From assembly GCA_963729625.1 (NCBI GenBank), contig CAVSOU010000008.1:160001-224000 (forward strand): DNA of 64,000 nt. Reading direction: 5' to 3'. Below are positions 38,042-48,232 of the stretch, piece after piece; the first letter of the stretch is position 1; each line of letters starts with the position of its first letter. The stretch comes from an uncultured bacterium (GTDB lineage: Bacteria; Chloroflexota; UBA5177; JANWHV01). The translations under genes were made by a program, and so were the position numbers. Under the pieces are notes generated by a model. That model was not told the origin of the DNA, searched no databases, and was given only the letters and a program-made list of their open reading frames with translations.

Positions 38042-41000
38042 CTAGCGTACGGTGAAGTAGCTGCCGTTGCCGCGGCCGAATACCTCCGGGAAGTACTCTT
38101 GCTGCACGTATACCGGCAGGGTGTGGTAGACGCCCTGGGTGGTGCAATGGATCAGATAAGTGTATTGATAGCTCCCGGCCGGGAGATACGAGAGGAACAG
38201 CACCGTGCGGTTGTCGCGCAGGTCGGTGTGCGTGACATACCACGAGAGATCGCCTGTGCCCGCCGGTATCCTTGAGGTGCTGTTAATCCGGGCCAGCTGG
38301 CTGGTAGTCTGCAGACTGCTGTCCACTGCCTCAGCGCCGGCAGGCAGCGGATCCTCGAGCGTGACATAGAACAGATCCTGTGGAGCGTTCACGCGGATTT
38401 GCACGCGAATAGTACTGCCATTGGCCGCGCTCCGTCCGTCGGCAGTCAGGTATGCGCGGGTCACGGAGACACCCGCGCTGGCGGGCTTGATCCGATCGAC
38501 CGGCCGGTAATACTGGAGCCGGATCACGTAGTTTAGCGTTCCGTTGTTGGGCCGCACGTCGCGTGAAAACGCGATGGTCTGCGTGCTGCCCGCGGGTGCC
38601 GCAGCGCCAAGCGGTTCCGTGAGGGTCCGGTTCCGGGATAGGTTCGCGGAGTCTACCGCGCCCGATCCCCACAGGGATCCGTTAAGCCGGACGGTGTAGT
38701 GATAATCGGCGTTGAGCTCACCGCTGGCGAAAACATAGTCTACGAGGCCGCGCAGGCTGACTGCCGTGGCATAACTGCTTTCCCATGCGTTCGCTTTGCG
38801 CGCGGCCATTAACCAGCGCACTGCGCTCGGGATCAGCGGGCTATCCGGCTGCATCGTGGCGAGCGCGTCGACGACGGAGGCCGACGTGGCAATGTCGCTA
38901 TCCAGGCCGGCCCAATCGTAGCCCGGCTCCTCCCAGTGAACGGCGGAGCCGCTGGTTTTGGCTGCGCTGGTGAGATCCGCGAGCAGCCCGAGCACGCGGC
39001 TGTGAGCCGCGGAGTTGTCGAGCGGCACGAACACCGTCGCGAGCTCAGCCTTCGCGTAGTTGGCGAGCAGGTAGCGCACGTCGTAGAGCTGCACCGCGAG
39101 GTCGGCGATATCGCCGAACCGTCCGGCACGGGCGACCGTGTAGACGATCGACGCCTGCAGATTGGCATCGTAGTTGACGCCGGCGTTGGTGGCCGCCGGG
39201 CTCTGCAAGTTGGCAATCAGGTAGCTGACCGCGTTACCCAGTACCGACTGATTGACATCGTATCCGAGACTGCGCGCGGTGGTGAGTGCGTCCACGACAT
39301 AGACGGTGATGTAGGGGCTGGTGTACGGATCGTCGATCCACCAGCCGAAGCCGCCGTCGCCATGCTGGTTGTAGTACAGGCTGGTTAGCCGGCCGGCGAT
39401 GCCGGCAGACAGGTGCTTGCGCTCAGCGCTCGTGAGCACCGAGGCGCGCGCCGGCAGGCGCCCAAGCTCGCTCTCGCCCAGGATTTGCGACGCCAGATCG
39501 ACGCTGGAGTCGTAGGGATAACTTGCGAGGAAATCGGCGCCCACCCGCAACCCGGAGGCCAGCGTCGGCTCGAGCGTCACCGTTAGGCTGCCCTCGTTGG
39601 GCTCGACGCCGCTGGGGATTCGCACCTGCTCAAGCGTGTTGACGCCCGCCTGGCCGGACGTCGCCACGCTCTCCGAGGTGCTATTCTCCTGCACGGGCAC
39701 GGCAACCTGCACCGCATCGTTGGAAGCCGCATGGCTCGTGTCGACAGCCTCGACCAGTATGGTAGCGGTGCCCAGGGCAGTGAGCGTGATCGGCCAGGTG
39801 ACATCCAGCTCACCTCCGGCGCCGAGCTTGACGATCCTGTCGCCGGCAACGGCTGGCGTCAGGCCCGGCGGAGCATCTGCCAGCAGCAGGCGCAGGTGGG
39901 CGGTGATGGACTTGTTCAACGAGTTGTTGATGGTCGCGCCGACGCGGGCCTTGTCGCCAAGGTCGAAGAAGCGCGGCGCGATGGGCCGCAACAACAGGTC
40001 CTTGGTGGCCATCACGCTGTTCGAGGCGGCACCGACCAGCGTGGCAGTGGTAATGCCCTGACCGAGGATCTTCCAGGTGGTAATGTTGTCGGGCAGCGGT
40101 ACGCTGATGGTTGTATTGCCATCAGCGTCCGTTACCACCGCGGCATTCCAGTAGGCAGTGTCCTGGAAGTTCTGGCGGACGCTTGCCGCCGGGACCAGCG
40201 AGCTGCCGGCCGCGGACTTGGCGGCAAACGCTTGCCCAGGTACAGATATGGCCCCGTTGGCGGCGTGCGCAGGGACCGGCGCGGCAAGCTGCCCGCCCGC
40301 GCCATCCGTGGCGAAGTGCTCCACGTTGGAGGAAAGCACCCGCCTGGTCAGCAGTTGTTCGGGACTGAGGTTGAGCGTATCGGACGTGGTCACTCCCAGC
40401 TCGCGATCGCCATAGAAGGTGTCCAGGAAGTCGCTGCCGCTTCCGCTGTCGCCGGTGAGAGCGAGGTTTGCCTCGTCGACCAGGCTCAGGCCGATCTGCG
40501 CCCGCGCCGGCTTGCCGTTGCGATCGACCGCGTGGATCGTGATCGGAATGGTTTGCCCCGGGGCGACGCGCGATCTTGCCGGTGTCACGCTGATCCGGAG
40601 CGTGCGCTCAGCGGTGTCCACGTGGATGCGCGCGTAGCCGAGGCGCCAGTCAGGCGGGGCTCCGCCGGCCGTGGATCCGCGCTCGACCACCACGCTGATA
40701 TACGTATCCGGCAGATAGGAGGAGTCGACCGGGACGTCCAGGATCGTGGTTGTGCCGACGAGCCGGCGAACGCTGTAGCTCAAGATGCGCCCGCGCTCGA
40801 CCGTGATCAGCGCGGTCGCGTTCGCGTACGGCGTGGTGACCAAGATGTGCGCGACATCGCCGCTGTGGTAGGTGCGCTTGTCGGCGACCAGGCGAATATG
40901 GCCCTGTTGTTGGGCGCCCCAGTCGATAGGCTTCTCACCGCCGGAGTATATCTCCACCGAGCTCTCGGCCCTGTTGCCGTACGTGTCGTGGGCTAGAGCT

Positions 41001-43783
41001 TCAAGGTGATACTCGCCGCCCTTCGGCGCCGTGAAGGGGAATGACGCCTTGCCATGAGCATCGGTTGTGATGTCGAGCGACTGGACAAGGGTATCCCTGG
41101 GCACGTACTGCTGGCTCGTCGATCCGTCTTTGTTGGCGACAATCACGTTGTGGTAGACGCGGTTGTATATGCCGATATGTATCGGCAGTCCGCCCACGGG
41201 CTTCACGCCGTCGTCGGCAACGCTGACGACGTGGATGCGCTGTGCGATGCCTGGAGCAACTATCTGCTGGTCGGCTTGCAAGCCGATTTGCACGGCGCTG
41301 CTGAATACCGTGATACTCGTCCGGCCGGCGACCGGCTGGTTGTCGATGTCCGTGACGTTTGCCTCGACGGAGTACGTTTGGGCCTGCTGGCCTTTCGGCA
41401 GCTTCGCGGGAAGCCTGAGCAGCACGTTCCCTCCGGCGTCGGTCGTAGCGTCGCCCTGGTAGAGCGTGTAGCTTGCGCCGCACATCAGGCAGATTGGCGT
41501 GCCGAAACCAAGGTCGTCGGCGGCGGGATCGTACGAGCCAAACGCATAGTCGGCGAAGATGCCGGTATAGAACAGATAGCTGTAGCCAAGCACCGACCAG
41601 TGCACTTTCGCGTGCGCTACGGGTCCGCCAAAGTAGTAGTTGACGCTCACGGTCGCGGGAATAGTCTGGCCGAGGCTGTAGGTGGTGGCTGGAGTGTCGA
41701 TGGACACACTGTAGTTCGGCTTCTTGTATTCGGCCACCTGGAATGAGGCGCCGTTTGACTGTGTGCCGATGTTGGTACTGAGGTAGTAGCTGCCGAGTGA
41801 GGCGCCGGAAGCGAGCACGATATCAGCCTGAAATGCGCCGAAGCCATCCAGTTGGGCCGTCCTCCGGGCCACCGTCTTGCCCTGGCCGTCCGTGAGCACG
41901 ATCTGGACGCGGCCGGCAACAAGGCTGTAACGCCCGTCGTCGTCGGCGCGCGCCACGCCACGCACGTGGACGGTCTGGCCGGGGCGATAGATGGGCCGAT
42001 CGGTCGAGACATTCATCCGGATGGCAGGCTGTGACGGCGAGTAGCTGATGCCGAAATCGTAGGGATTGATGCCGTTGCTCCAGGATGGGCCGGCGACGAT
42101 AGCGTCGCCGGCCCTGTCCGCGACGACTTCCAGTCCGCCGTTCAGTTGAAGGCTTGACACCACGCCTCCGAGGTCGAGCATGGCGACACCGTGCGCATCG
42201 GTGGTCCTGGAGCTGAGTACCGTGTAGGTGTTCCACAGTCTGGGCAGGGACTTTCGCAGAGGCACGGGAGAGTTGGCGCCGGTTGCGAGGACGTGAATGG
42301 GCAGATTGGCCACGGGAACACCGCTTGCCAGATCCGTGGCCCACACCAGTACCTGGTCGTGTGAGACCTTCATCGTGATGCCGGTGTGGGTGACGAGCAT
42401 CAGCTGGACGTCGCGGGCATTGCCGGATCCGGTGGCGATGACGAGGTAGCAGCCGGGCTGCAGTGCCCTGTGCCCGGGCAGTAGGGCGAGAGCTTGCACC
42501 GGGACCGACTTGTTGAGCGGTGCGTTCGGCTGCACGGTGAAGCGACTTACAGCCTGGCTGCCGTCCGGCGCGCTCTGGGCTACATCATAGAGGTCGTTGA
42601 GATCGCCGACAAAAGCCTTTTGGTCCAGCTTGTAGACGGCGACGTAGATCGTGCCGGGGTTGATTGCCTGCATGCTGAGAGTGATGGGCCGGCTCGCGTC
42701 ATAGGTGGCCAGGCCACCGGTAACGAAGAAGAGCTGCGGCGGTAGCGGCGCGCTGATGAAGCGGAACTGGAAAGGAACGCCCAGGTTGTCCCCGGCCTGA
42801 GCACGAAGAGCTGCCGGCACGGCTACGGTGTAGGACGTGGAGGGTGCCCACTGACCGTAGATAGAGATTGAGAGCCCATTTTCCCCCAGGCTGATGTATC
42901 GATTGGGGAGGTCGGGACTGATACGTAGCGAGGCGAGGGCCGACTTCTCGTCGACCGGCGCGCTGAAGTCGATTCTCACGCCTTCATTCAGATCCGCGGC
43001 GGTCGCGTTGGGAGCGGGCGTGGTATCGACGACATGGAGGTAGGGAGCCACGACGAAGCTCCAGGCTGTCTGCCGGCGCATGGGAAGTGGTCCTTCGGCG
43101 GACCGCGCGCCGGAATCCAGCTGAGCGGTGTACGCGGCGGTGCGCGTCAACGTCCGCGCGGGTGTGAAGTGTAATGTGTTCCCGGTCCAGAAGAAGTCGC
43201 CGGGAATGTCGTCGCCCTGCGTATCTCGCAGGTGAAACGCGGCCTGCGTGCTGGCACGGTCCATGCGCTGGTTGAAGGTCAGCGAAAGGGTTGGACGCGG
43301 CATGGCGTATTGGTTTCCATCGGAGGGATAGACATTCAGCACGCGCGGCAGGATCGTGGTGAACGTCCACGAGTAGGCCAGCTGGAGGCGCGTGCCGTCG
43401 ATAGCCTTGAGTCCAGCGGCGACGCTGAGCTTGTAGGTCGTAGCGGCATGGAGATTCACGGCATTCCACGAGTAGATCGAGCTTGTTATCCATCTGCCCT
43501 GTCCAGCAAGCGACGGGTCGCTCAGCAGAGGGCTGGGCGCCGGTGTCTCGCCCGTGCCGGTGAGTGGCGCTACCGGGCGGTCGAACGCTACCAGTATCGT
43601 GGTTGCCGTGGCGACCTCGGTTGTCGACGGCGACGGCGAAACAGCGCGCACCGCGAGACCAGGAGAGGCTGCCGCACGGCTGGGCGACACGTGGCTTGGC
43701 GAGAAACCGCCGAGGAGCATGGTAGGAAGCAGCAAGAGCGCGACGAGGCGTCCGGCCGCCGGTTGCCCGTCCAGCGATGGCAT
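38042..43783 (-). CDS. Alpha-2-macroglobulin family protein with N-terminal Ig-like (Big_5-like) domains; no thioester motif
   Basis: GGAGG RBS and signal peptide; TDRPIYRPGQ, FQVAEYKKP, RQNFQDTAYW, LPDNITTW, QHGDGGFGWW, EDPLPAGAE, YFPEVFGR; YPYDSSVD replaces YPYGCxEQ. Confidence 0.92.
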   Translation of the reverse strand: MPSLDGQPAAGRLVALLLLPTMLLGGFSPSHVSPSRAAASPGLAVRAVSPSPSTTEVATATTILVAFDRPVAPLTGTGETPAPSPLLSDPSLAGQGRWITSSIYSWNAVNLHAATTYKLSVAAGLKAIDGTRLQLAYSWTFTTILPRVLNVYPSDGNQYAMPRPTLSLTFNQRMDRASTQAAFHLRDTQGDDIPGDFFWTGNTLHFTPARTLTRTAAYTAQLDSGARSAEGPLPMRRQTAWSFVVAPYLHVVDTTPAPNATAADLNEGVRIDFSAPVDEKSALASLRISPDLPNRYISLGENGLSISIYGQWAPSTSYTVAVPAALRAQAGDNLGVPFQFRFISAPLPPQLFFVTGGLATYDASRPITLSMQAINPGTIYVAVYKLDQKAFVGDLNDLYDVAQSAPDGSQAVSRFTVQPNAPLNKSVPVQALALLPGHRALQPGCYLVIATGSGNARDVQLMLVTHTGITMKVSHDQVLVWATDLASGVPVANLPIHVLATGANSPVPLRKSLPRLWNTYTVLSSRTTDAHGVAMLDLGGVVSSLQLNGGLEVVADRAGDAIVAGPSWSNGINPYDFGISYSPSQPAIRMNVSTDRPIYRPGQTVHVRGVARADDDGRYSLVAGRVQIVLTDGQGKTVARRTAQLDGFGAFQADIVLASGASLGSYYLSTNIGTQSNGASFQVAEYKKPNYSVSIDTPATTYSLGQTIPATVSVNYYFGGPVAHAKVHWSVLGYSYLFYTGIFADYAFGSYDPAADDLGFGTPICLMCGASYTLYQGDATTDAGGNVLLRLPAKLPKGQQAQTYSVEANVTDIDNQPVAGRTSITVFSSAVQIGLQADQQIVAPGIAQRIHVVSVADDGVKPVGGLPIHIGIYNRVYHNVIVANKDGSTSQQYVPRDTLVQSLDITTDAHGKASFPFTAPKGGEYHLEALAHDTYGNRAESSVEIYSGGEKPIDWGAQQQGHIRLVADKRTYHSGDVAHILVTTPYANATALITVERGRILSYSVRRLVGTTTILDVPVDSSYLPDTYISVVVERGSTAGGAPPDWRLGYARIHVDTAERTLRISVTPARSRVAPGQTIPITIHAVDRNGKPARAQIGLSLVDEANLALTGDSGSGSDFLDTFYGDRELGVTTSDTLNLSPEQLLTRRVLSSNVEHFATDGAGGQLAAPVPAHAANGAISVPGQAFAAKSAAGSSLVPAASVRQNFQDTAYWNAAVVTDADGNTTISVPLPDNITTWKILGQGITTATLVGAASNSVMATKDLLLRPIAPRFFDLGDKARVGATINNSLNKSITAHLRLLLADAPPGLTPAVAGDRIVKLGAGGELDVTWPITLTALGTATILVEAVDTSHAASNDAVQVAVPVQENSTSESVATSGQAGVNTLEQVRIPSGVEPNEGSLTVTLEPTLASGLRVGADFLASYPYDSSVDLASQILGESELGRLPARASVLTSAERKHLSAGIAGRLTSLYYNQHGDGGFGWWIDDPYTSPYITVYVVDALTTARSLGYDVNQSVLGNAVSYLIANLQSPAATNAGVNYDANLQASIVYTVARAGRFGDIADLAVQLYDVRYLLANYAKAELATVFVPLDNSAAHSRVLGLLADLTSAAKTSGSAVHWEEPGYDWAGLDSDIATSASVVDALATMQPDSPLIPSAVRWLMAARKANAWESSYATAVSLRGLVDYVFASGELNADYHYTVRLNGSLWGSGAVDSANLSRNRTLTEPLGAAAPAGSTQTIAFSRDVRPNNGTLNYVIRLQYYRPVDRIKPASAGVSVTRAYLTADGRSAANGSTIRVQIRVNAPQDLFYVTLEDPLPAGAEAVDSSLQTTSQLARINSTSRIPAGTGDLSWYVTHTDLRDNRTVLFLSYLPAGSYQYTYLIHCTTQGVYHTLPVYVQQEYFPEVFGRGNGSYFTVR

Positions 43784-43978
43784 ATACCCGACCTCCCTTA
43801 TGGCATGGCGACCGCCGGCTGCATGTGCATTGCCAGGCGTACGCATTGCATCGATCAGGAAAACGCGGCGGCGGCGGCGAACGTAACAGGACCGGTGCTG
43901 ACTCGAACTGAATGGAGCAGACTGCAGCAGACCCCGACCCCAACTCCTGGCGATGCATAGCGGACAATGCAGTAGTTG

Positions 43979-44002
43979 ATATGTGACTATAAGGTCACAT
44001 AT
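43979..44002. promoter_or_regulatory. Palindromic operator overlapping the promoter of the ArsR-SRPBCC gene
   Basis: ATATGTGAC-TATAAG-GTCACATAT; TTGATA-18-TATGAT, ATG 6 nt after the -10 (leaderless). Confidence 0.8.
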
Positions 44003-44011
44003 GATCGAGAC

Positions 44012-44785
44012 ATGGATGCGGTGTTCAAAGCGCTCGCCGATCCGACGCGCCGGAGCCTCCTCGACGCCCTCTTCCAGGCGGATGGCCAGACACTCAGCGC
44101 CCTGGAAGCACGCGTGGCGATGTCCCGCTTCGGCGTGATGAAGCACCTGCGGGTGCTGGAGGCGGCTGGCCTGGTGGTGACCAAGCGACGCGGGCGGGAG
44201 AAGCTGCACTACCTGAACCCCGTGCCTATTCGGCTCATCCACGACCGGTGGGTGAGCAAGTACGCGGAGCCCTGGGTGGAAACGCTCACCGAGCTCAAGA
44301 TGAGACTGGAGGAGACGGTGGAAAAAGTGTACGAGATCTATATCAAGACCACCCCAGAGCGCCTGTGGGAGGTGATTACCACGACGGACCTGCGGGCCAG
44401 GTATAACTTCGGCGCGCGCGTCACCTCGGCATGGACGCCCGGCGCACGGATTGAGACCAGCGCGCCCGGCCGTCCTGGTTTGCTCGGCGAAGGAGAAACG
44501 CTGGAGGCCGATCCGCCGCGCCGGCTGGTCCACACGATGGTGGCGCTCTGGAGTGACGAGGTGAAGAGCGAGGGAACCTCCCGTGTCACCTGGGAGATCG
44601 AACCCATTGGGGATTCCTGTCGCCTGACCGTCACCCATGACCAGCTGCGCGAGGGTGCGAACGAGCAGCTCTATGGGGGCTGGATGATGATCTTGTCTGG
44701 GCTGAAGACCCTGCTCGAAACCGGCGAGTCGCTGACGACGCCAGGATCGCTGATGTACGGTAGCGGCCCCGCGATTGCGGGGTGA
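44012..44785 (+). CDS. ArsR-family HTH fused to an SRPBCC/AHSA1 ligand-binding domain
   Basis: VFKALADPTRR, MSRFGVMKHL, GREKLHYLNPVPI; YEIYIKTTPERLW, SRVTWEIE, GGW..ILSGLKTLLETG. Confidence 0.92.
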   Translation: MDAVFKALADPTRRSLLDALFQADGQTLSALEARVAMSRFGVMKHLRVLEAAGLVVTKRRGREKLHYLNPVPIRLIHDRWVSKYAEPWVETLTELKMRLEETVEKVYEIYIKTTPERLWEVITTTDLRARYNFGARVTSAWTPGARIETSAPGRPGLLGEGETLEADPPRRLVHTMVALWSDEVKSEGTSRVTWEIEPIGDSCRLTVTHDQLREGANEQLYGGWMMILSGLKTLLETGESLTTPGSLMYGSGPAIAG

Positions 44786-44834
44786 GTCGCCGCGAGTTCC
44801 GTCCCGTTCGCCAGAATTCGTGCCCGACTACGTA

Positions 44835-44843
44835 TGGTATACT
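44835..44843 (+). promoter_or_regulatory. Extended -10 promoter of the rpsP operon
   Basis: TGGTATACT. Confidence 0.55.
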
Positions 44844-44933
44844 TGACTGCCGATGACGCGCTCCGCCGTGCGAAGCGCGCCCGTGTCTACGTCTGCATCA
44901 TGCGCCCGAAGGTTGCATTGGAGGAGCACGTAC

Positions 44934-45245
44934 TTGGTTAGGATTCGTCTGCGCCGCATGGGCGCCAAGGGCCAGCCTTCTTATCGTGTCGTGGTAGCTG
45001 ATTCACGATCCCCGCGTGACGGCCGTTTCATCGAGATTATTGGCCACTACAATCCCCGCGTCGAGCCTTCGGAGATCGTTATCGACAAGGAAAAGGCGCT
45101 GGCGTGGATTGCCAAGGGCGCCAAACCGAGCGAGAGCGTTTTGAGCCTTCTCACTCGCAGTGGCATCGTGGAGCGACCGGCGGCGACGGCCGCGGCCGTG
45201 GAAGCAGCGCCTGCCGAAGCTCCGGCCGTGAAGGGCAAGAAGTAG
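44934..45245 (+). CDS. rpsP: 30S ribosomal protein S16
   Basis: [33 protein letters not shown]; TTG start after GGAGGAG. Confidence 0.97.
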   Translation: MVRIRLRRMGAKGQPSYRVVVADSRSPRDGRFIEIIGHYNPRVEPSEIVIDKEKALAWIAKGAKPSESVLSLLTRSGIVERPAATAAAVEAAPAEAPAVKGKK

Positions 45246-45289
45246 TAGCGGGCGGCCCAAGATGGCGCCGGTATCGAGGAGGTTGTCCA

Positions 45290-45517
45290 GTGCGAGATCT
45301 TATTGAGTACGTCGCGCGATCGCTCGTGACGCAACCCGACCAGGTACAGGTCACCGAAATTGACGACAACGGCGTGATGGTGTACCGATTGCAGGTTGCC
45401 CCCGAGGACATGGGCAAAGTCATTGGTCGCCAGGGCCGGATCGCCACCGCAATTCGCTCGCTACTGAAGGTAGCATCGGTCCGCCAGGGTCAGCGGGCCG
45501 TGCTGGAGATTCTCTAA
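45290..45517 (+). CDS. khpA: KH domain RNA-binding protein KhpA
   Basis: DMGKVIGRQGRIA.AIR; position between rpsP and rimM. Confidence 0.93.
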   Translation: MRDLIEYVARSLVTQPDQVQVTEIDDNGVMVYRLQVAPEDMGKVIGRQGRIATAIRSLLKVASVRQGQRAVLEIL

Positions 45518-45522
45518 CAGCA

Positions 45523-46044
45523 GTGAATGATCCAGGCGAATCTCCCGTCGAAGACTGGGTTGTCGTCGGCATCATTTCGGGAGCCTTTGGGGTGCACGGC
45601 GAGGTAAAGGTTGACCTCTACACGGACTTCCCAGATCGCTTCGCCAAGCAGCGCACAGTCTTCGTGGGCGACGACCACCGGCCCGTGACAGTGCTCGCGG
45701 CAAGGCCCATTGGAGAACGCGTGGCGCTCAGGCTGAATGGCGTGGCGGATCGCAACGCCGCGCAAGCGCTGTTCGACACGCCGATCTACGTGCGAAACTC
45801 GGACCTCATGCCGCTACCCGAGGGCCACTACTACCAGCATGAGATTATGGGGCTCGAGGCGTATACGACCGAGGGTCTATATCTCGGCGCCATCGTCGAG
45901 ATCCTCGGGACCGGCAGCAACGACGTCTACGTCGCACGCAACGGCACGGCAGAGGTGCTCATTCCGGCGCTCAAGGACATCGTTCGCAGCATAGATCTCG
46001 AGACCAAGAGGTTGGTGGTGGAACCTATCGAGGGACTGCTCTAG
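45523..46044 (+). CDS. rimM: Ribosome maturation factor RimM
   Basis: G.I.GAFGVHGEVK, YYQHEIMG, TGSNDVY, LIPA. Confidence 0.95.
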   Translation: MNDPGESPVEDWVVVGIISGAFGVHGEVKVDLYTDFPDRFAKQRTVFVGDDHRPVTVLAARPIGERVALRLNGVADRNAAQALFDTPIYVRNSDLMPLPEGHYYQHEIMGLEAYTTEGLYLGAIVEILGTGSNDVYVARNGTAEVLIPALKDIVRSIDLETKRLVVEPIEGLL

Positions 46045-46060
46045 CCCCGGGTTGTGAGTT

Positions 46061-46870
46061 ATGCGCTTCGCCGTATTCACGCTCTTCCCCGAGATGTTTA
46101 CCGGACCGTTCAGCCAGAGCATCATCGCTCGCGCGGTAGCGCGCGGTCTCGTACAGATTGATCTGCTGAATTTTCGCGACATGGCCCTCGACCGGCATCA
46201 CACGGTCGACGACTATCCCTACGGTGGCGGCGCCGGCATGGTGCTGCAGCCCGGCCCGCTGTTCGCGGCGGTCGCAGCGTCCGGTCTGCCCGCGGGAGCG
46301 CCTATCGTATTGCTCACCCCGCAGGGGCGCACGTTTAGCCAGGCCGTCGCCCAAAGGCTGGCAGCGGAACAGGCAGTGGGATTGATTTGCGGCCACTACG
46401 AAGGCGTGGACGAGCGCGTGCGCGAACACCTGGCCACGGAGGAAATTTCACTGGGAGATTTTGTCCTCAGCGGCGGCGAGATCGCTGCCATGGCCGTGGT
46501 GGACGCCGTGACCCGACTGCTACCCGATGTCATCGATCAGCAGTCGACCGTTGAGGAATCACATCAGTCGGGTCTGCTCGAGTACCCACAGTACACGCGT
46601 CCGCCAGTCTTCCAGGGCTGGCCGGTTCCCGACATACTGCTGTCAGGCAATCACGGCGCGATCGCTCGCTGGCGACGCGAGCAGGCCCTGCGCCGGACGT
46701 GGGAGCGGCGCCCGGACCTGCTTGACTCGGTCGAGCTCAGTGCCAAGGAGCGCGTACTCGTGGCCTCATGGCAACCGGTCGACGCTGACAGACCGATGTC
46801 CGGCGAAGACGCGGCTGCGGGGCTAGAGAGTGCCGAAATCCCTCCAGCAGAGGGACTATCGGCCCTATAG
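46061..46870 (+). CDS. trmD: tRNA (guanine37-N1)-methyltransferase
   Basis: TLFPEMF, VDDYPYGGGAGMV, CGHYEGVDER, SLGDFVLSGGE, LLEYPQYTRP. Confidence 0.98.
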   Translation: MRFAVFTLFPEMFTGPFSQSIIARAVARGLVQIDLLNFRDMALDRHHTVDDYPYGGGAGMVLQPGPLFAAVAASGLPAGAPIVLLTPQGRTFSQAVAQRLAAEQAVGLICGHYEGVDERVREHLATEEISLGDFVLSGGEIAAMAVVDAVTRLLPDVIDQQSTVEESHQSGLLEYPQYTRPPVFQGWPVPDILLSGNHGAIARWRREQALRRTWERRPDLLDSVELSAKERVLVASWQPVDADRPMSGEDAAAGLESAEIPPAEGLSAL

Positions 46871-46881
46871 ATACGTGCCTA

Positions 46882-46965
46882 TTATCCACGCACCTGTGGA
46901 TAACTTGGCCATATTCTGGGGATAACTCACAATATACACAACAAAAGTGTGGATATTCTGGATAA
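46882..46965. promoter_or_regulatory. Cluster of six DnaA boxes
   Basis: TTATCCACG 46882, TGTGGATAA 46895 (perfect), TGGGGATAA 46917, ATATACACA 46932, TGTGGATAT 46948, TCTGGATAA 46957. Confidence 0.8.
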
Positions 46966-47221
46966 CCGCGCCTACCGAGCTCGCTGCACGAAAGCCATCG
47001 CGCCATACGTGTGTATTGGCCGCAAAGAGCGCGCTGGAGCGAACCGGACCAAGCTACTCCTTAGCCGCTCCTTCTTCGAGGCCCGACAACGCGGAGGCGG
47101 CGGTGGACGGCAATCGAGAAGCCCCGGAGCTCGACCACGGGGTATGCTGCCGGAACGCTCGGCGCCCAGTCCCAGCATATGACAGCAACGACTCAATCTC
47201 CATCAAGGGCAGGACGGAGCC

Positions 47222-48232
<1,011 letters not shown>

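Noticed and set aside
43784-44638. N-terminal 285 aa of the 2198-aa ORF
   Set aside because: Antisense to the ArsR-SRPBCC gene; the true start at 43783 has an RBS and signal peptide
46972-47210. Short ORFs between trmD and gmd as rplS or a remnant
   Set aside because: No L19-like sequence recognised in the frames examined
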